64,000 bases of DNA from Paragordius varius. Lineage: Eukaryota > Animalia > Nematomorpha. The DNA is taken from positions 10,044,001 to 10,108,000 of the forward strand of contig OZ176055.1 of NCBI GenBank assembly GCA_964247055.1, written 5' to 3'. The translations under genes were made by a program, and so were the position numbers. Positions within the stretch are counted from its first letter, which is position 1. Each line of letters opens with the position of its first letter. The notes below the pieces were generated by a model. It did not search any database. It saw only the letters and a program-made list of their open reading frames with translations, and had not been told where the DNA came from. Of the stretch, positions 52,129 through 64,000 are shown piece after piece.

Positions 52129-55100
52129 AATAATATTATTTTGACTCAATAAATATAGTATACTTGTCTTATTTTAAAACACTTTATTACCCTTTTAAGT
52201 ATTTTTTACCTTAGAACGATTTAAAAGTCGAATATCTTTAAAGCAATTCAAGATAATGGGCCAAATTAAAAATAAATTTTTAGCATTGAGCGCATGCTGT
52301 AAATTTTTGTTTAAAAAAATTATTGTAAAATTTATTCATCTTAAAGCTTTCTCTCGGCTATTTGTTTGGAATTTATCGCTAATAAAACAGGCAAATATTA
52401 CAAATAATTGTGAGAAAATGTAACCGGAATCGGGTTGGTTCCTTAACAATTTTAACATTTCCGGAACTGCGGATTTACATTTGGAACCGGTTTCATTTTG
52501 GTACCCGTATTTTAATTAAATGAATTTTCATACAACTTTATTATAATAATGATAGAGCTTTGTATTCTGGCAAATATGCAAAGTATATACATACGTTAGT
52601 AATGTTATGTATGTGAATTATAAACTTTAAACATGAAATTAATGTTTGAAATTATAGTGTGTTCAATATGAAACTTATTTTTAATTATAAAAATATAAAG
52701 CTAACTATTCCAAATCGTAAATTAAAACAGAGTTTAAAAACTCACCAAATCTAAAAAACTGATCGATAGAGCTTTTTCTCACTTGAATCGTATGGGGAAA
52801 GGTATTTATAAGATGTATGAAATGTTTTGAAAAATTATACGCTAATTCAGCTTTGCATGTCAATTTTTTTATTTAAGCCTTTAATCATTTTTTAATTCAA
52901 TATAATGGGTAAATTCCAAATATATAGTAGATAATGTTATTTAAAAAATCAAAATCTTTTACCGCATAATAACTATTGAATTCGAATCGCCACATTCCAA
53001 TTTTTCCACATTATTATTGTAAGTGTTCTTTAATGACCCACTGAGATTTTTTAATTATAGTATTTAGCGTTAAGAAATATTCTTATGGTACATAGTATCA
53101 AAGACGCGTTTTTATCCGTTGTATTTAATTTTATTCTTGTGCGATACCAATGCGAATTTTTTTGGTTGATAATATCAGAAAAATTATAATAACTTTTATG
53201 TTTTAACCACATTTATCCCTTCGCTAATTATTATAATGAGGCTTATTATAGATATGGAATGATATATGATTCATATACGTACAGTAAAAATTGAAATTAT
53301 ACGGACACAAAGTAAAAATATAAAGACAAATATTTTTTTCTAAAAGACTACCATACTTTTTATCACCTTTATGTTTCCCTTATAAGCTACTTAGTCACAA
53401 TTGTAAAATTTAGAATTGGTTGTCTTAGTAATATATATATATATATATATATCTCTATTTCGCACCTGCCATTCCAAACAATGAGTGTAATTGAAAAAAA
53501 ATCATGATTAAAAAGTATATTTGTCTTTATATTTTTACGTTTTGTTTGTATAATTTTAGTTTTTACTGTATATTTAAATAAAATAATGATTATTTACTGT
53601 TATAAATTTGCCAATAATGGTCAATGACCTTTGCATCGCCACAATAACCCCGGTATTATATAGATTTTTTTTGATAATACATCCTAAAATCATGTTTTTG
53701 CATTATTTTACTTAAAATGTAATTTATTAAACATGGCTGTAAAAATATAATATTGAGGTATAAAAATATTTGGTTAATAAATTATAAACATTTTTAATTT
53801 AAACATTATAACGAATCAGTCCTATTTAATACGTCGTTCATATGAGCCTATAAGCGATTCCTATATATATTATTTATAAATATGCTGGCATTCTTAATTA
53901 AAAGAACATAAATTTAACATGTAGTATATTTATTTAACTTTTGTCCCAATATACCTTTCTTTGAGATGTTTGAATATTGCTTCTTAACTGAAATCCTTAT
54001 TCAATGCGATAATTATATAACAAAATACGCAGGTGAGGAAAATTACCAAATTAAAGTAATAAAAGGAGAATATTAAATTAAAAAAATATCAAAACAGTTA
54101 AAATTTATCATTTATATTATGTTTAGAAGAATTTGTATGACTTTAACGTGAACAAAATCTAATAAATTGCTCTTTGATATCAGTTACTATCTTAAAATTA
54201 TTCATATAGCTGGGCCTAACTGTTCTTTCAATTATTATCATAATACCACTAACAATAAATAAATCGATATATTGATTTTAAAATAGTCATAAACTATATA
54301 TTTCCCAGCAACGCGAAATTCGGTACATAATGCCGGGAGTAAATTAAGGGGTATATTCTCCCACTAATTTTATTTAAGTCGATATCGTGAAAATGTCTGA
54401 CTCCTCATGTAAAAAATAACCATTTGAACCTAATTTTGAAATCAACACCTTTTTAATTTTTAATTTGGAAATCGTTTTCCTATATTCTTTTCTATAAATA
54501 TTGTTTTTATATTTTAAAGTTTCTATGCACGCTTATAATTTACTTCCGTTATGATACAAAAAATTCTTGTTTTTTTTTAATTTATAATTTAAACTATATT
54601 AAAACTTAAAAATCGGTTTTATGGTTAATATTACCTGTGGAATGAAAAATTTATTGTATGTAAAATTATGTTAATTATCAATCTTTTTGTTAAAAATATC
54701 TCTAAATGCAGTTTTAAATATTGCCCTTATAGTCCTTTGCAAAACATTATAGACATAAAATTAAAATTGTTTTGAAACAAATACTCTTTATAATAACATG
54801 TACAAAACTAACCGTTTTTGTATATGTAAATATTTTTATGCCATCTAATGTAGCAAGAAACCACCATTTTCTCATTCTAACCAAAAAGAAAATATGGCGA
54901 TATCTTTTTTAGGCGGAACAGAAAAATCGATTATTTATTCCATTAGTAATATTTTAACTTTAAGCAAATTAAACTTAAGTTGTCTTTCTAAATACTTCTA
55001 TATTAAAGTAATAATTTAAATTCTCGTAAAATTTATTAAATTAAACTATATCCAAAAATTTCGATTCATGGTAGTATCTTTTTGAATGGATTAACTAAAA

Positions 55101-55272
55101 CAAAAGAAAATAATGACATATAATTAAAACAAAATTTGAAAAAATATAATTATAAATGCATAATTTATTTTAAATGCTCCTTTATACTGGTGGTAGGGTC
55201 TGATGGTTGATTGAGTGGGCCTTTTACATGATAAAAAAGCGCAAAATGTAGGCATTTATTGTATAAATTTAA

Positions 55273-55851
55273 CACTTGGATACAACACATTCATTTTAGT
55301 CCTTCGATTCAAATTGGGGTAGTTGGATACCCCAGACCTGTTTAAAATCAAATACTTTAAAAAGTATGGAAGGAATCGAAACCATGGCAAAATTTTGCAC
55401 TTATATAACATTAATAAAACGAAATATATCAAAAAATTTATTCAAAATTGATATTACTAATTTTAAGCCAAAACCGAAAGGTTAAAATTTCGTCAACGTG
55501 ACATGTGTCAAATGGTAAAATTAAAAAATAATACAAAATAAACCGCTTTTCCTTTTTCAATCAATGTTAGATGTAATTTAAATAAAAAATTACCTTTAAA
55601 TTTACCCTTAAAATTATTATAAAACGATATTTTGCAAAAATTTTATAAAATAAAAATGGCGTCGAAGTAGTTTGACATGGAACTTTTTTTCCAAAACAAA
55701 ATTTTATCAAGATATTTTGGCATATTTATATAATTTTTATTAGGATAGAAGCATAAATTTAAATTGAAACCGTTTCCTTCAGTAGTTTTTTTAAAAATAT
55801 TAATTAAAGTTTAGCCTGGGGTATTTAGATGCCCCAATTCGAATCGAAGTG
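55273..55851. mobile_element. piggyBac-type MITE (TTAA TSD), copy C
   Basis: TTAA|CACTTGGAT...ATCGAAGTG|TTAA; collinear with copy B, roughly 90% identical by eye. Confidence 0.88.
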
Positions 55852-58623
55852 TTAAGCAAAAAACTATATTCTCTTACACATAATAACAGATTTGCATGTA
55901 TAGGTTCTAATAATTGTGTCGAACTGATGATGGGTTAGCATGATTGAAACTGTATAGATAGTCCAAAAACAAGAGCTATCATAGGAAATTTCGGTATTAT
56001 AAATGGCTAATTGGCGATTTAAATTACATGTCTGTTTATCTATAACACTATTTTTCACTATAATTATAAAAAATCATTAAAAACAAAAAAATTCAACATA
56101 TCAATAGACATGAAAAATTACCCTTTTACCCATTTAAAACACCAAAGAATAACTCGTGAATGTAAACGATTATTACTGTTAATGAAAGTTTCACATGTCA
56201 TCTGCGTTTTTTGGTTTTAAATATACTTATTATGTTAATTTAGAATATTTGTAATATCTTAGTATCGATTAATGTATTTTATTTTAATTTGTTTATTTGT
56301 TTTTTAGTATGATAGTTTGCACAAAAAAATATTTATAGGTAATACCTTTACGTTTAATTAGATGGTCCAATGTTTTAAAATATTTTAAATAAAATAAAAG
56401 ATATTTGCAAATGAGTCCAATATGACTATGGGTGATTACCTTTTAAGGCTTCAAAAAATGTGGGGGCTAACAAAGATCCAATTACTTAACTTACCAAAAT
56501 AGTCAAGGGGATTAAGGATTTATGAATAAATTGCATTGAATGTTTTAAAAAACTATCAAAGTAATAATTTAGATCCTTAAAAAGTTCACTATAATGGTTA
56601 TGAACGTTGTATTTAAGATTGGTCAGCAGATATGTAAATGGACAAGTTTTAAAATCGTATTCTATAAAATTCACTAAAAGTAAAATTAATTTTACTCAAA
56701 ATATTTAGAAATTTATTTTTGCTTGAAATGTTATTTCATTTCTGTTTTATGAAAATAATCTCTGTGCTTCGCAAAAAAGACTCGCCTTGGTTACCACTGA
56801 TTTACATCATGATTGGAAACTTGAAAATACACCAAGTGATATTAAATTCATTCACAATATCAATATTTACTGTAATAATTTTTAGACGGTACACGATTAG
56901 TTTAAACAACTTTGCACGATATTGACATTTGCTTAGCAAATTTTGAAAGATATTTAATTATAGTACTAACATAAATTCAAATTAATTATTTAATTATGTT
57001 ATAGTAAACACCTATATAGTGTATGGGTTGTTAAACTTGTTAAAAATATAAATACTTGCACGAGAGAAGTTTTATTTTTTCTGGCTTTAAAGAGTACACA
57101 AGCCATATAACCGTTAATAGGCTGTTTTCTAAAGATATAATTTGTTACACATGGAATAAAAAAACGTTAAAGTTGCTTCGATCGACTATATAATTGATTA
57201 ACAACTTTTTAATTACGCAAAACATATTTTAATTCCATATATGATTCATTGCTTTTTTTATATTTCGCATTTATGTATGCCTAACTTGCCCATCATTATA
57301 TAATTAAATAATCAAAACATTCACACATGGAAAAGCTTAACTTTTTGATGAAATGTTACAAAATTTGAAACACATATGTATCCATCAAACTACAATCTAT
57401 ATTTCAGATCTTGTTATGTTAAAAGAACAGAATAGAATAAACAAAATATACCGTCCTTTCTTTTATATTATTCTGTAACGTTCATCTTACATTTGCACAT
57501 AATTATAAAATTTCTTTTATGTATGCATTATTAATTTTTTACAATATCCCTATTTTTTAATGCAATAAAATTATATCCATATTTTAGGGACATCAAAAGT
57601 TTTTTTACAGATACATGTGTTAGAATTTTTATGATTTTTAAAAATAAATTTTAATTTACAACCATCAAACTTAAATTTATTATACCTTATGCAAAATTTT
57701 GTTATTTCGCTACCAAGATATATAAAGACATCTTACATATAAGTAAGCAATTATCACAGCGCCTTATTTTTCGATATGGTAAAATCTTTTTTTTACTCGT
57801 TTAAAATTTATACAAGAAGGAAATTGCACTTAAAAAACATTATAAAACAATTCATAATTTGAATACGCGAATAAAAAAGAAAAATTTTATTTTTCCATAT
57901 TACGATTAAAATTTTTGCTTTTTCTTTCTCATTAGCAACAATTTTTTTGTATTCCTTTTGACTTTTTACATTTCGTTACAAATTACATTTTGATTTAAAA
58001 CATCTATTGAAATCTGCGATCATTCCTTTTATAGATTTTCCAACTTTTTATTGTTTTAAATAAATTAGTTTCTTTTCAATTTTGATAATTAAATTATTAA
58101 TCCAATATGTTATCATCTGTTACTATAAATTCTTAAACTCCTTACAAAAAATATTTTGATTTATAACTTTAAATCCATTTATTTTATTAGATTTTTCAAT
58201 AATTATATTATCTAATTATTCTTTTTAAAAATCTGCTATATTTACATCCAAAAGACAACTATATAAAATTCAGTAGTACTATTTATTAAATTCTGTATTA
58301 TAGCATAATAAAAATATGGATATTGGTATTCGAATGATATAACATGGGGGAAAGATAATACATACTAAATGAAGATGAGCAATTAAACAAATGGATAAAA
58401 TTATAATAGAAAGCATATATTTTAAATAAATTATAAAAATTGGCAAAATTACAAAATAATAGATATGCAAATCGATATATAGAGTATTTGGTATCACTCG
58501 ATAGCTAAAAAAATGCTTGTTTCAACCAGAGGAGTTGCAAATCAAGAATTTTTTAAATGGGCAATAGCCAAAATTAGCGGAATAAATAAATTTATATTGA
58601 GAGGCGCAAATTTGTATGTGGTT

Positions 58624-58660
58624 ATCGCTTCTCGGCCTCTTGGCTAAGATCAAAGTGTAG
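58624..58660 (+). ncRNA. U2: U2 snRNA, 5' fragment (nt 1-37)
   Basis: ATCGCTTCTCGGCCTCTTGGCTAAGATCAAAGTGTAG is the conserved U2 5' end up to the branch-point recognition sequence. Confidence 0.95.
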
Positions 58661-58717
58661 GAGCTTCCTTTTATATTATTCCACTTCATATTTAAAAAAT
58701 ATAAATAATTATCCCTA

Positions 58718-59250
58718 CTATATCCTTTCTATCCTATCAGTTTATTCATCCCATTATCCCTTGATAATTATATCATTTTTTTGGCCTATTCTTCCAATTT
58801 ATATCATATATCCGTTATCCTTATCCCATTTATAACCGTTATCCTATTTATATCCGTTATCATATTTATATCCTCTATCCATATCCCAGTATATCCCATA
58901 CGCTATTCATATCAATTATCCTTATCACATTTATATCCATCTTTACCATGTATCCCATATCCTATTTATCTCAATTATCCCTATCCCAGTATTATCCCTT
59001 ATGCTATTCATATCACTTATCCTTATTATATATCCATCTTTACCATATATCCGTTATCCTTATCCCGCTAATAACCTTTATCTTATTTATATTGTTATTC
59101 AAATTATACCCGGTTTCCTTATCCCACTCATATTCATAATCGCTATCCTTATTCTAATGTATCTTTTATCCTTATCCCTCTTACTTTTCGTAGATACACT
59201 ATATTTATATTCCTGGCATTTACAATTTTTTTTTTTTTTTTTTTTTGATT
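58718..59250 (+). repeat. Degenerate (TTATCC/TATCC)n tract plus poly(T) in the element 5' UTR
   Basis: Dozens of TATCC/TTATC/CATAT words, almost no G; T-run at about 59226-59246. Confidence 0.8.
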
Positions 59251-59437
59251 TTCTGGCAATTAATTTTTTTTCCGGCATTTACACTATTTTTCTCGCCTTT
59301 TACCATCCATATAATATATTACATTCGTTTTATATCCGTCCATCTTATTTTCTCTCCACTCCCTGCATTTATAACTATCTTATAACTCCAAATTTTTTTT
59401 TTAAACAAGCGAACATCCAAATATCCTGACCATTATC

Positions 59438-62400
59438 ATGAAACTTACAAGAGACAATGACACACTATTTATATCATTCCCATTATCACAAACATTCCAC
59501 TGTCCCGAGCCTGATTGTCATTCCTCCTTTGCTGGGCATGAATGGTACCTCTCTAGAATATCTCTCCAAAGGCATATCCAAAACATACACAATATAACAA
59601 TCAAACATATCATTAAATTTTGTGCAATATGTAAACAATATATTCAAAGTAAACCCTCGCGACACCCTTGTCTTAAAAATAAAATGATATTACCAGAAAC
59701 CAATCCTATAAAATGTACTCTATGTAATCAAACATTTACAACAAAACAAGGGCTTAACAATCACACTTTTACTCACAAAAAGCATACTCTTGGATTTAAG
59801 ACTTACCTCTCTAATAATAATAAATTTAATAAACCCCCAAATTGGAAGTTAACAACCATTTCTCCAAGAATCCACAGAGCCCCCAGAGTACATCGATCCC
59901 CATTATTACGACAAACTCCCCAAATAATCCCTTGGTCACCCATTATCCAAAAAGAAGAAACTCATAATCAAAAACGGCGAAAAATATCCAATAATAACAG
60001 TCCACTCCCTACCACTTCTAGAGGCTGGATTGATCTAAGCGAACCATCAGAAACGGAAAATGAATCCCCCTACACCATTAATGAATCAAACTCTATCATC
60101 ACCCCAAATCAAAATACAACTACCATAAACGAACCAAATATCGATTTACTTCCTACTACATCCAAAGACTGGACTGAACCAGGTGAACATTCCGAAACTG
60201 AAATAGTTACAACCGACATGAACAATAATACACCAGATAACATTGAGCCTGTAAATACCTCTACCACATCGAAAACAAATACCGATCCATTCTCTGACGC
60301 ACTCATACATATCAAACAGGACATAGAGACTTGTAACAACTCTACTGAATTTAATGCTATATATAACAAATTAATAATTCTGATTCAAACACACTACAAA
60401 ATTCAACCACTTAAAACACCATCTACCACACCTCATAACATACAAAATAATCCATCTAAGATTCAAAGACTATATAAATTGAATCCAAAGCGAGCAACAC
60501 GTCTCATTATAGACGGCGATCCTACTTATTGTCCGATCGATAAAGATATTATTTTTCCCTACTTTCAAAATTTATTCACAGATACCTCTATACCAACCGA
60601 TCTACCTCAACCACAACCTTTACCATTTCCCCCATTTTCAATATCATATAATGAAGTGACCAAACAGCTCCTAAGGTCTAAATCAACCTCACCAGGCCCA
60701 AACGGTATTACACCTACCACCTGGCTAAAAATAGAGACACATTCACCAATCATAAAAACAATATTTGATAAAATAATTCAGCTAGGGACATTACCTGATG
60801 ACTGGCTCTCTTCCAAAACAATCCTAATACACAAATCCGGTAACATTAATGAAATAAAAAATTTTAGACCAATAACTATTTCCAACACACTATATAGAAT
60901 CTTTTTTAAATATGTTAACCAAACTCTATTAAAATCCATAATTGACAAATCTCTAATTCACCCTAATCAAAAAGGCTTTATGCCCTTTGATGGGGTATTA
61001 GAGCATAACTATGTCATTGAACAAACAATTAAGAGAGCCAAACAAGATAAGCAGAAACTTTTTATAGCCTTTCTCGATATAAATAAGGCGTTTGATTCAA
61101 TTCCGCATAACCTACTTATTAATACAGTTTGTCATCTTCCAATAAATACAACACTAAAAAAGATCATCATCCAAAATATATCCAGTTCTAAAACACAAAT
61201 CTATACACAAGGCGGACTGACAGACCCGATTGCATTTCAAAAGGGCATTAAACAGGGCTGCCCAGTCTCCGGAACTTTATTTAACCTGTCCATCAATCCA
61301 CTCCTGGAGTTACTAAACACATCTTCAACATCCCTTGCATATGCCGATGATTTGGTAATCATCGCGCACCAAGCCGATGCTCTCCAAAAAACCATCCTCA
61401 CTGCAGAGCATTGGCTTCAAGCACATAACATCACAATAAATGTCAGCAAATCAGCCCTTCTTACTATTAACTCGCCAAATCCATCAATCACTATACACAA
61501 TCAACTCCTCGAGCAAATCTGTGAAGGTAAATCCATATCATACCTGGGCAAACCTATTTCGCCCTTAGCACCCCCCAAAAATACACAAGAACTGGATAAT
61601 CTGGTCGACAACATAATACAATCCAATCTCGCACCATGGCAGAAATTAGACTGTCTCAAAACATTCATTTTTCCCACCATCATCCATTCTCTCAGAATGG
61701 GAGCCTTGAAAAAAACCGATCTAAATAAATCTGATAATAAAGTGCGATCCCTGATCAAAAAAATTACAGCCTTACCCGCCAGTGCCAATACCAATTATTT
61801 CTACGCACCCACAAAAGCAGGCGGTCTCGGGTTACCCCAGCTTGGCATTCTACACGATGCATATTTGATTGACTCTACATACAAACTACTCACCTCTCCC
61901 GATGAAAAATTAGCAGACCAAGCCAAAATCCATCTTAAACATACAATATCAAAACATACCAACTCACCCTCCACAAATGATACTGACTTAAATCAATACT
62001 TCAATAATCAAATACAGATCAAAACCACTGGATGTTCATCTTTATACACCAAAGCCAGGCAAGCTTCTAAAAGGCTTGACCTGGCATGGGAATTTCAAAA
62101 TTCGATACCTTTCATAAAAGGGCAATCGGTAAACATTGACCCCAATGCCAGAAAAATTATTGTATCCTCAATATGCAAAAGAAATGCGAAAAACCACCTA
62201 AAATCCCTAATTGATTGCCCCAATCAAGGTAAAGTGATTGAAGCCATACAACAACATCCAGCCTCATCCCACTTTACCCTTTCGGGCACATATACATCTT
62301 TTAAATGCTGGCGCTTTATTCATAAGGCACGCCTTAATCTGCTCCCTGTCAATAGTCGTCCAGGATCAGCTAAAAATCCACTGTGCAGGAGATGTGGGAA

Positions 62401-62926
62401 GGCTAATGAAACTCTCCCCCATGTATTAAATCATTGCCTTCGATACTCTCCACACTGGATTAGGCGACACAACGCTTGTTTGGACATATTGAAAAATCAT
62501 TTAACAAGCGACACCATAATACAACATGAAAACACTTACATAACACACTTACCATTAAAACCAGACTTAATCCTAATTAACAAAGGCAACTGCTACATAG
62601 TAGATGCTGTCTGTCCCTTCGAAAACAGATATCAGTCCCTGACAGATGCTTATAACAAAAAAATTGATAAATATGAAGCTCTCATTCCTCAATTAGAATT
62701 CCAATATAAAACGGTCCAAATTCTCCCACTAGTCGTCGGAGCTTTAGGTGCATGGTACTCCAAAAATGATATCATACTTAATAAACTTTGCTCATCCATA
62801 GATGCACAGAGAATTCGCAAGCAAATGGTGAGCACTACTATATTCTATAGTTCTGAAATATGGAGTTCCTTTATCTCAAATGACTATGTAGGTAATACAC
62901 CACCCCCTTTTATCAAAAAATCTTAA
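59438..62926 (+). CDS. Retrotransposon ORF: 3 zinc fingers + reverse transcriptase + CCHC knuckle + restriction-like endonuclease
   Basis: CPEPDC..HIQNIH, CAIC..HPC, CTLC..HTFTH; RT motifs PGPNG, FRPITIS, QKGF, FLDINKAFDSI, GIKQGCPVS, YADDL, YLG; RFIHKARLN; CRRC..ETLPHVLNHC; RHN; KPDL..IVD..K..KY. No stops or frameshifts. Confidence 0.97.
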   Translation: MKLTRDNDTLFISFPLSQTFHCPEPDCHSSFAGHEWYLSRISLQRHIQNIHNITIKHIIKFCAICKQYIQSKPSRHPCLKNKMILPETNPIKCTLCNQTFTTKQGLNNHTFTHKKHTLGFKTYLSNNNKFNKPPNWKLTTISPRIHRAPRVHRSPLLRQTPQIIPWSPIIQKEETHNQKRRKISNNNSPLPTTSRGWIDLSEPSETENESPYTINESNSIITPNQNTTTINEPNIDLLPTTSKDWTEPGEHSETEIVTTDMNNNTPDNIEPVNTSTTSKTNTDPFSDALIHIKQDIETCNNSTEFNAIYNKLIILIQTHYKIQPLKTPSTTPHNIQNNPSKIQRLYKLNPKRATRLIIDGDPTYCPIDKDIIFPYFQNLFTDTSIPTDLPQPQPLPFPPFSISYNEVTKQLLRSKSTSPGPNGITPTTWLKIETHSPIIKTIFDKIIQLGTLPDDWLSSKTILIHKSGNINEIKNFRPITISNTLYRIFFKYVNQTLLKSIIDKSLIHPNQKGFMPFDGVLEHNYVIEQTIKRAKQDKQKLFIAFLDINKAFDSIPHNLLINTVCHLPINTTLKKIIIQNISSSKTQIYTQGGLTDPIAFQKGIKQGCPVSGTLFNLSINPLLELLNTSSTSLAYADDLVIIAHQADALQKTILTAEHWLQAHNITINVSKSALLTINSPNPSITIHNQLLEQICEGKSISYLGKPISPLAPPKNTQELDNLVDNIIQSNLAPWQKLDCLKTFIFPTIIHSLRMGALKKTDLNKSDNKVRSLIKKITALPASANTNYFYAPTKAGGLGLPQLGILHDAYLIDSTYKLLTSPDEKLADQAKIHLKHTISKHTNSPSTNDTDLNQYFNNQIQIKTTGCSSLYTKARQASKRLDLAWEFQNSIPFIKGQSVNIDPNARKIIVSSICKRNAKNHLKSLIDCPNQGKVIEAIQQHPASSHFTLSGTYTSFKCWRFIHKARLNLLPVNSRPGSAKNPLCRRCGKANETLPHVLNHCLRYSPHWIRRHNACLDILKNHLTSDTIIQHENTYITHLPLKPDLILINKGNCYIVDAVCPFENRYQSLTDAYNKKIDKYEALIPQLEFQYKTVQILPLVVGALGAWYSKNDIILNKLCSSIDAQRIRKQMVSTTIFYSSEIWSSFISNDYVGNTPPPFIKKS

Positions 62927-63060
62927 AATTATATAAAGAATTTATTTTCAGTATTATAAGATACACTCAATTTGCAGTATTTTTGTGTTTGCATTCTTCT
63001 TTCTCTATAATTATATAATATAATGTGATATCACACAAATATATATTTAAATAAATTCAA

Positions 63061-63210
63061 TCTGTTCTTATCAGCTTAATATCTGATACGACCTCTAAAG
63101 AGGTCCATGATATTAAATTTATTTTTGGAGATTTTGGGGAGGCGCTCTGGGCTTGCCTATCCCTCCCCATCGGGTCAACCTGGTATTGCAGTACCTCCAG
63201 GAGTGGCCCA
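63061..63210 (+). ncRNA. U2: U2 snRNA, 3' fragment
   Basis: TCTGTTCTTATCAGCTTAATATCTGATA (stem IIa), GACCTC-TAAA-GAGGTC (IIb), Sm site ATTTTTGG (63121), TGGGGAGG/CCTCCCCA (III), CCTGG-TATTGCAGTACCT-CCAGG (IV with the ATTGCAG loop). Confidence 0.96.
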
Positions 63211-64000
63211 AACACAATCATAAAAATCAATTTAGAAACTATTTAAAACTTTGGAAAAAGTTTATAAAATGATAAGGATTTTCTTATAAAGAACTCGAAA
63301 ACTTAAGAAAAAATTATAAAATGTTTCAAGTGTATTTCATTATCAGGCCACTTCTGTGTAGACGCCAGGGAAAGACCAAATCTCCAAAAATAAAAATAAC
63401 ATTATGGACCTGTGGAATATAACATATGTAATCAGAAATATTTAGAAATTATCACATACTTTGGCAAATATGAATATTTAAAGTACAAAAATGGTACCCA
63501 AAGTTATTCGTAGAGAAAAAAATTACTAATAATTGTTCCATATTATAAAAAATTTAATTTTAAAGCAAAAGCAAAATTAAGCGAAAATAGCGATTAAAAA
63601 TGGTACTATAAAAAAACCGAAGACTACATAAAAATAATTAACAAGGTATTAAAGAAATCCAAGAGAAAAAATAAATTAAACTGAGTATATTCAAATACAG
63701 ATAATAATGATAGTCGATTTGAATAAGTGCTAAAATAAATGCGCGATTATGAAAAATAAATGGTGGTAAAAATAGAATGGTGAATATATGTAGCGTTTGT
63801 AAAATTCAATTTAAAAATATAAAAAAGCAGACATAAAAACTAGTTATACAAGGATTAATATTATTTTGAGATTAGATATTATATATTATTATTGCGATTA
63901 AAGAATTATAATTTATGTAAATACAAGATATCACTTATCATTGTGGCTTTTCTTATGGCTTATTTTTATATCATAAATCTTATAAATATATAAACATAAT

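Larger units (their letters stand above)
41086..53775. repeat. Tandem segmental duplication, copy 2 (~12.7 kb)
   Basis: Junction AATATTTGGTT|TATCTAACAACTTT at 41085/41086 joins the unit end (compare 53775) to the unit start (compare 27395) without microhomology. Confidence 0.95.
58661..63060 (+). mobile_element. Full-length Utopia-type (U2-targeting, RLE-bearing R2/NeSL group) non-LTR retrotransposon
   Basis: Bounded exactly by the two halves of a U2 gene; ~780 bp 5' UTR, single 1162-aa ORF, ~134 bp 3' UTR, no poly(A) tail, no TSD (1-2 nt of target lost). Confidence 0.93.

Noticed and set aside
56400-56940. Possible exons with a 28-nt GTAAGT..TTAG segment on the minus strand
   Set aside because: No consistent open spliced frame or recognisable product.
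57870-58300. Decayed LINE endonuclease on the minus strand (GMIADFN-like word, A-rich skew)
   Set aside because: One weak motif amid many stops; cannot be supported without a profile search.
58781-59429. ORFs 58781-59071, 58948-59139 and 59001-59429 as an ORF1 or membrane proteins
   Set aside because: By-products of the G-poor TATCC repeat and poly(T); low-complexity I/L/Y/P/S/F translations.
60109-62429. Short ORFs 60109-60369, 61501-61794 and 62238-62429
   Set aside because: Antisense or alternative-frame shadows of the retrotransposon ORF.

Overview
Very AT-rich eukaryotic (invertebrate animal) genomic DNA with spliceosomal introns; not prokaryotic. The host cannot be named from the sequence. 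Left to right: (1) a minus-strand Speedy/RINGO CDK-activator gene running off the left edge, reconstructed only by splicing 26-, 33- and 31-nt introns; (2) two intronless paralogous orphan class-A GPCRs; (3) an ~11.5 kb satellite of ~100 x 113-114 bp units, each carrying a hairpin module; (4) a hAT MITE with an 8-bp TSD and a non-autonomous Helitron nested inside; (5) a 9-exon AUH-like enoyl-CoA hydratase gene with a candidate 21-nt first intron; (6) a ~13 kb tandem duplication (27395-41085 / 41086-53775) giving two intact astacin-EGF-CUB protease genes, an orphan AUH 5' fragment and two pseudogene remnants. The first halves of the copies are clearly diverged and the second halves almost identical, and TTAA-flanked piggyBac-type MITEs differ in presence/absence; (7) a full-length, intact RLE-type non-LTR retrotransposon (Utopia type) inserted at the branch-point-recognition sequence of a U2 snRNA gene. 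Tc1/mariner-type MITEs are scattered throughout. The most notable signals are the 21-33 nt introns in an animal genome and the intact U2-targeting retroelement. All coordinates, splice models and identity estimates were made by eye.
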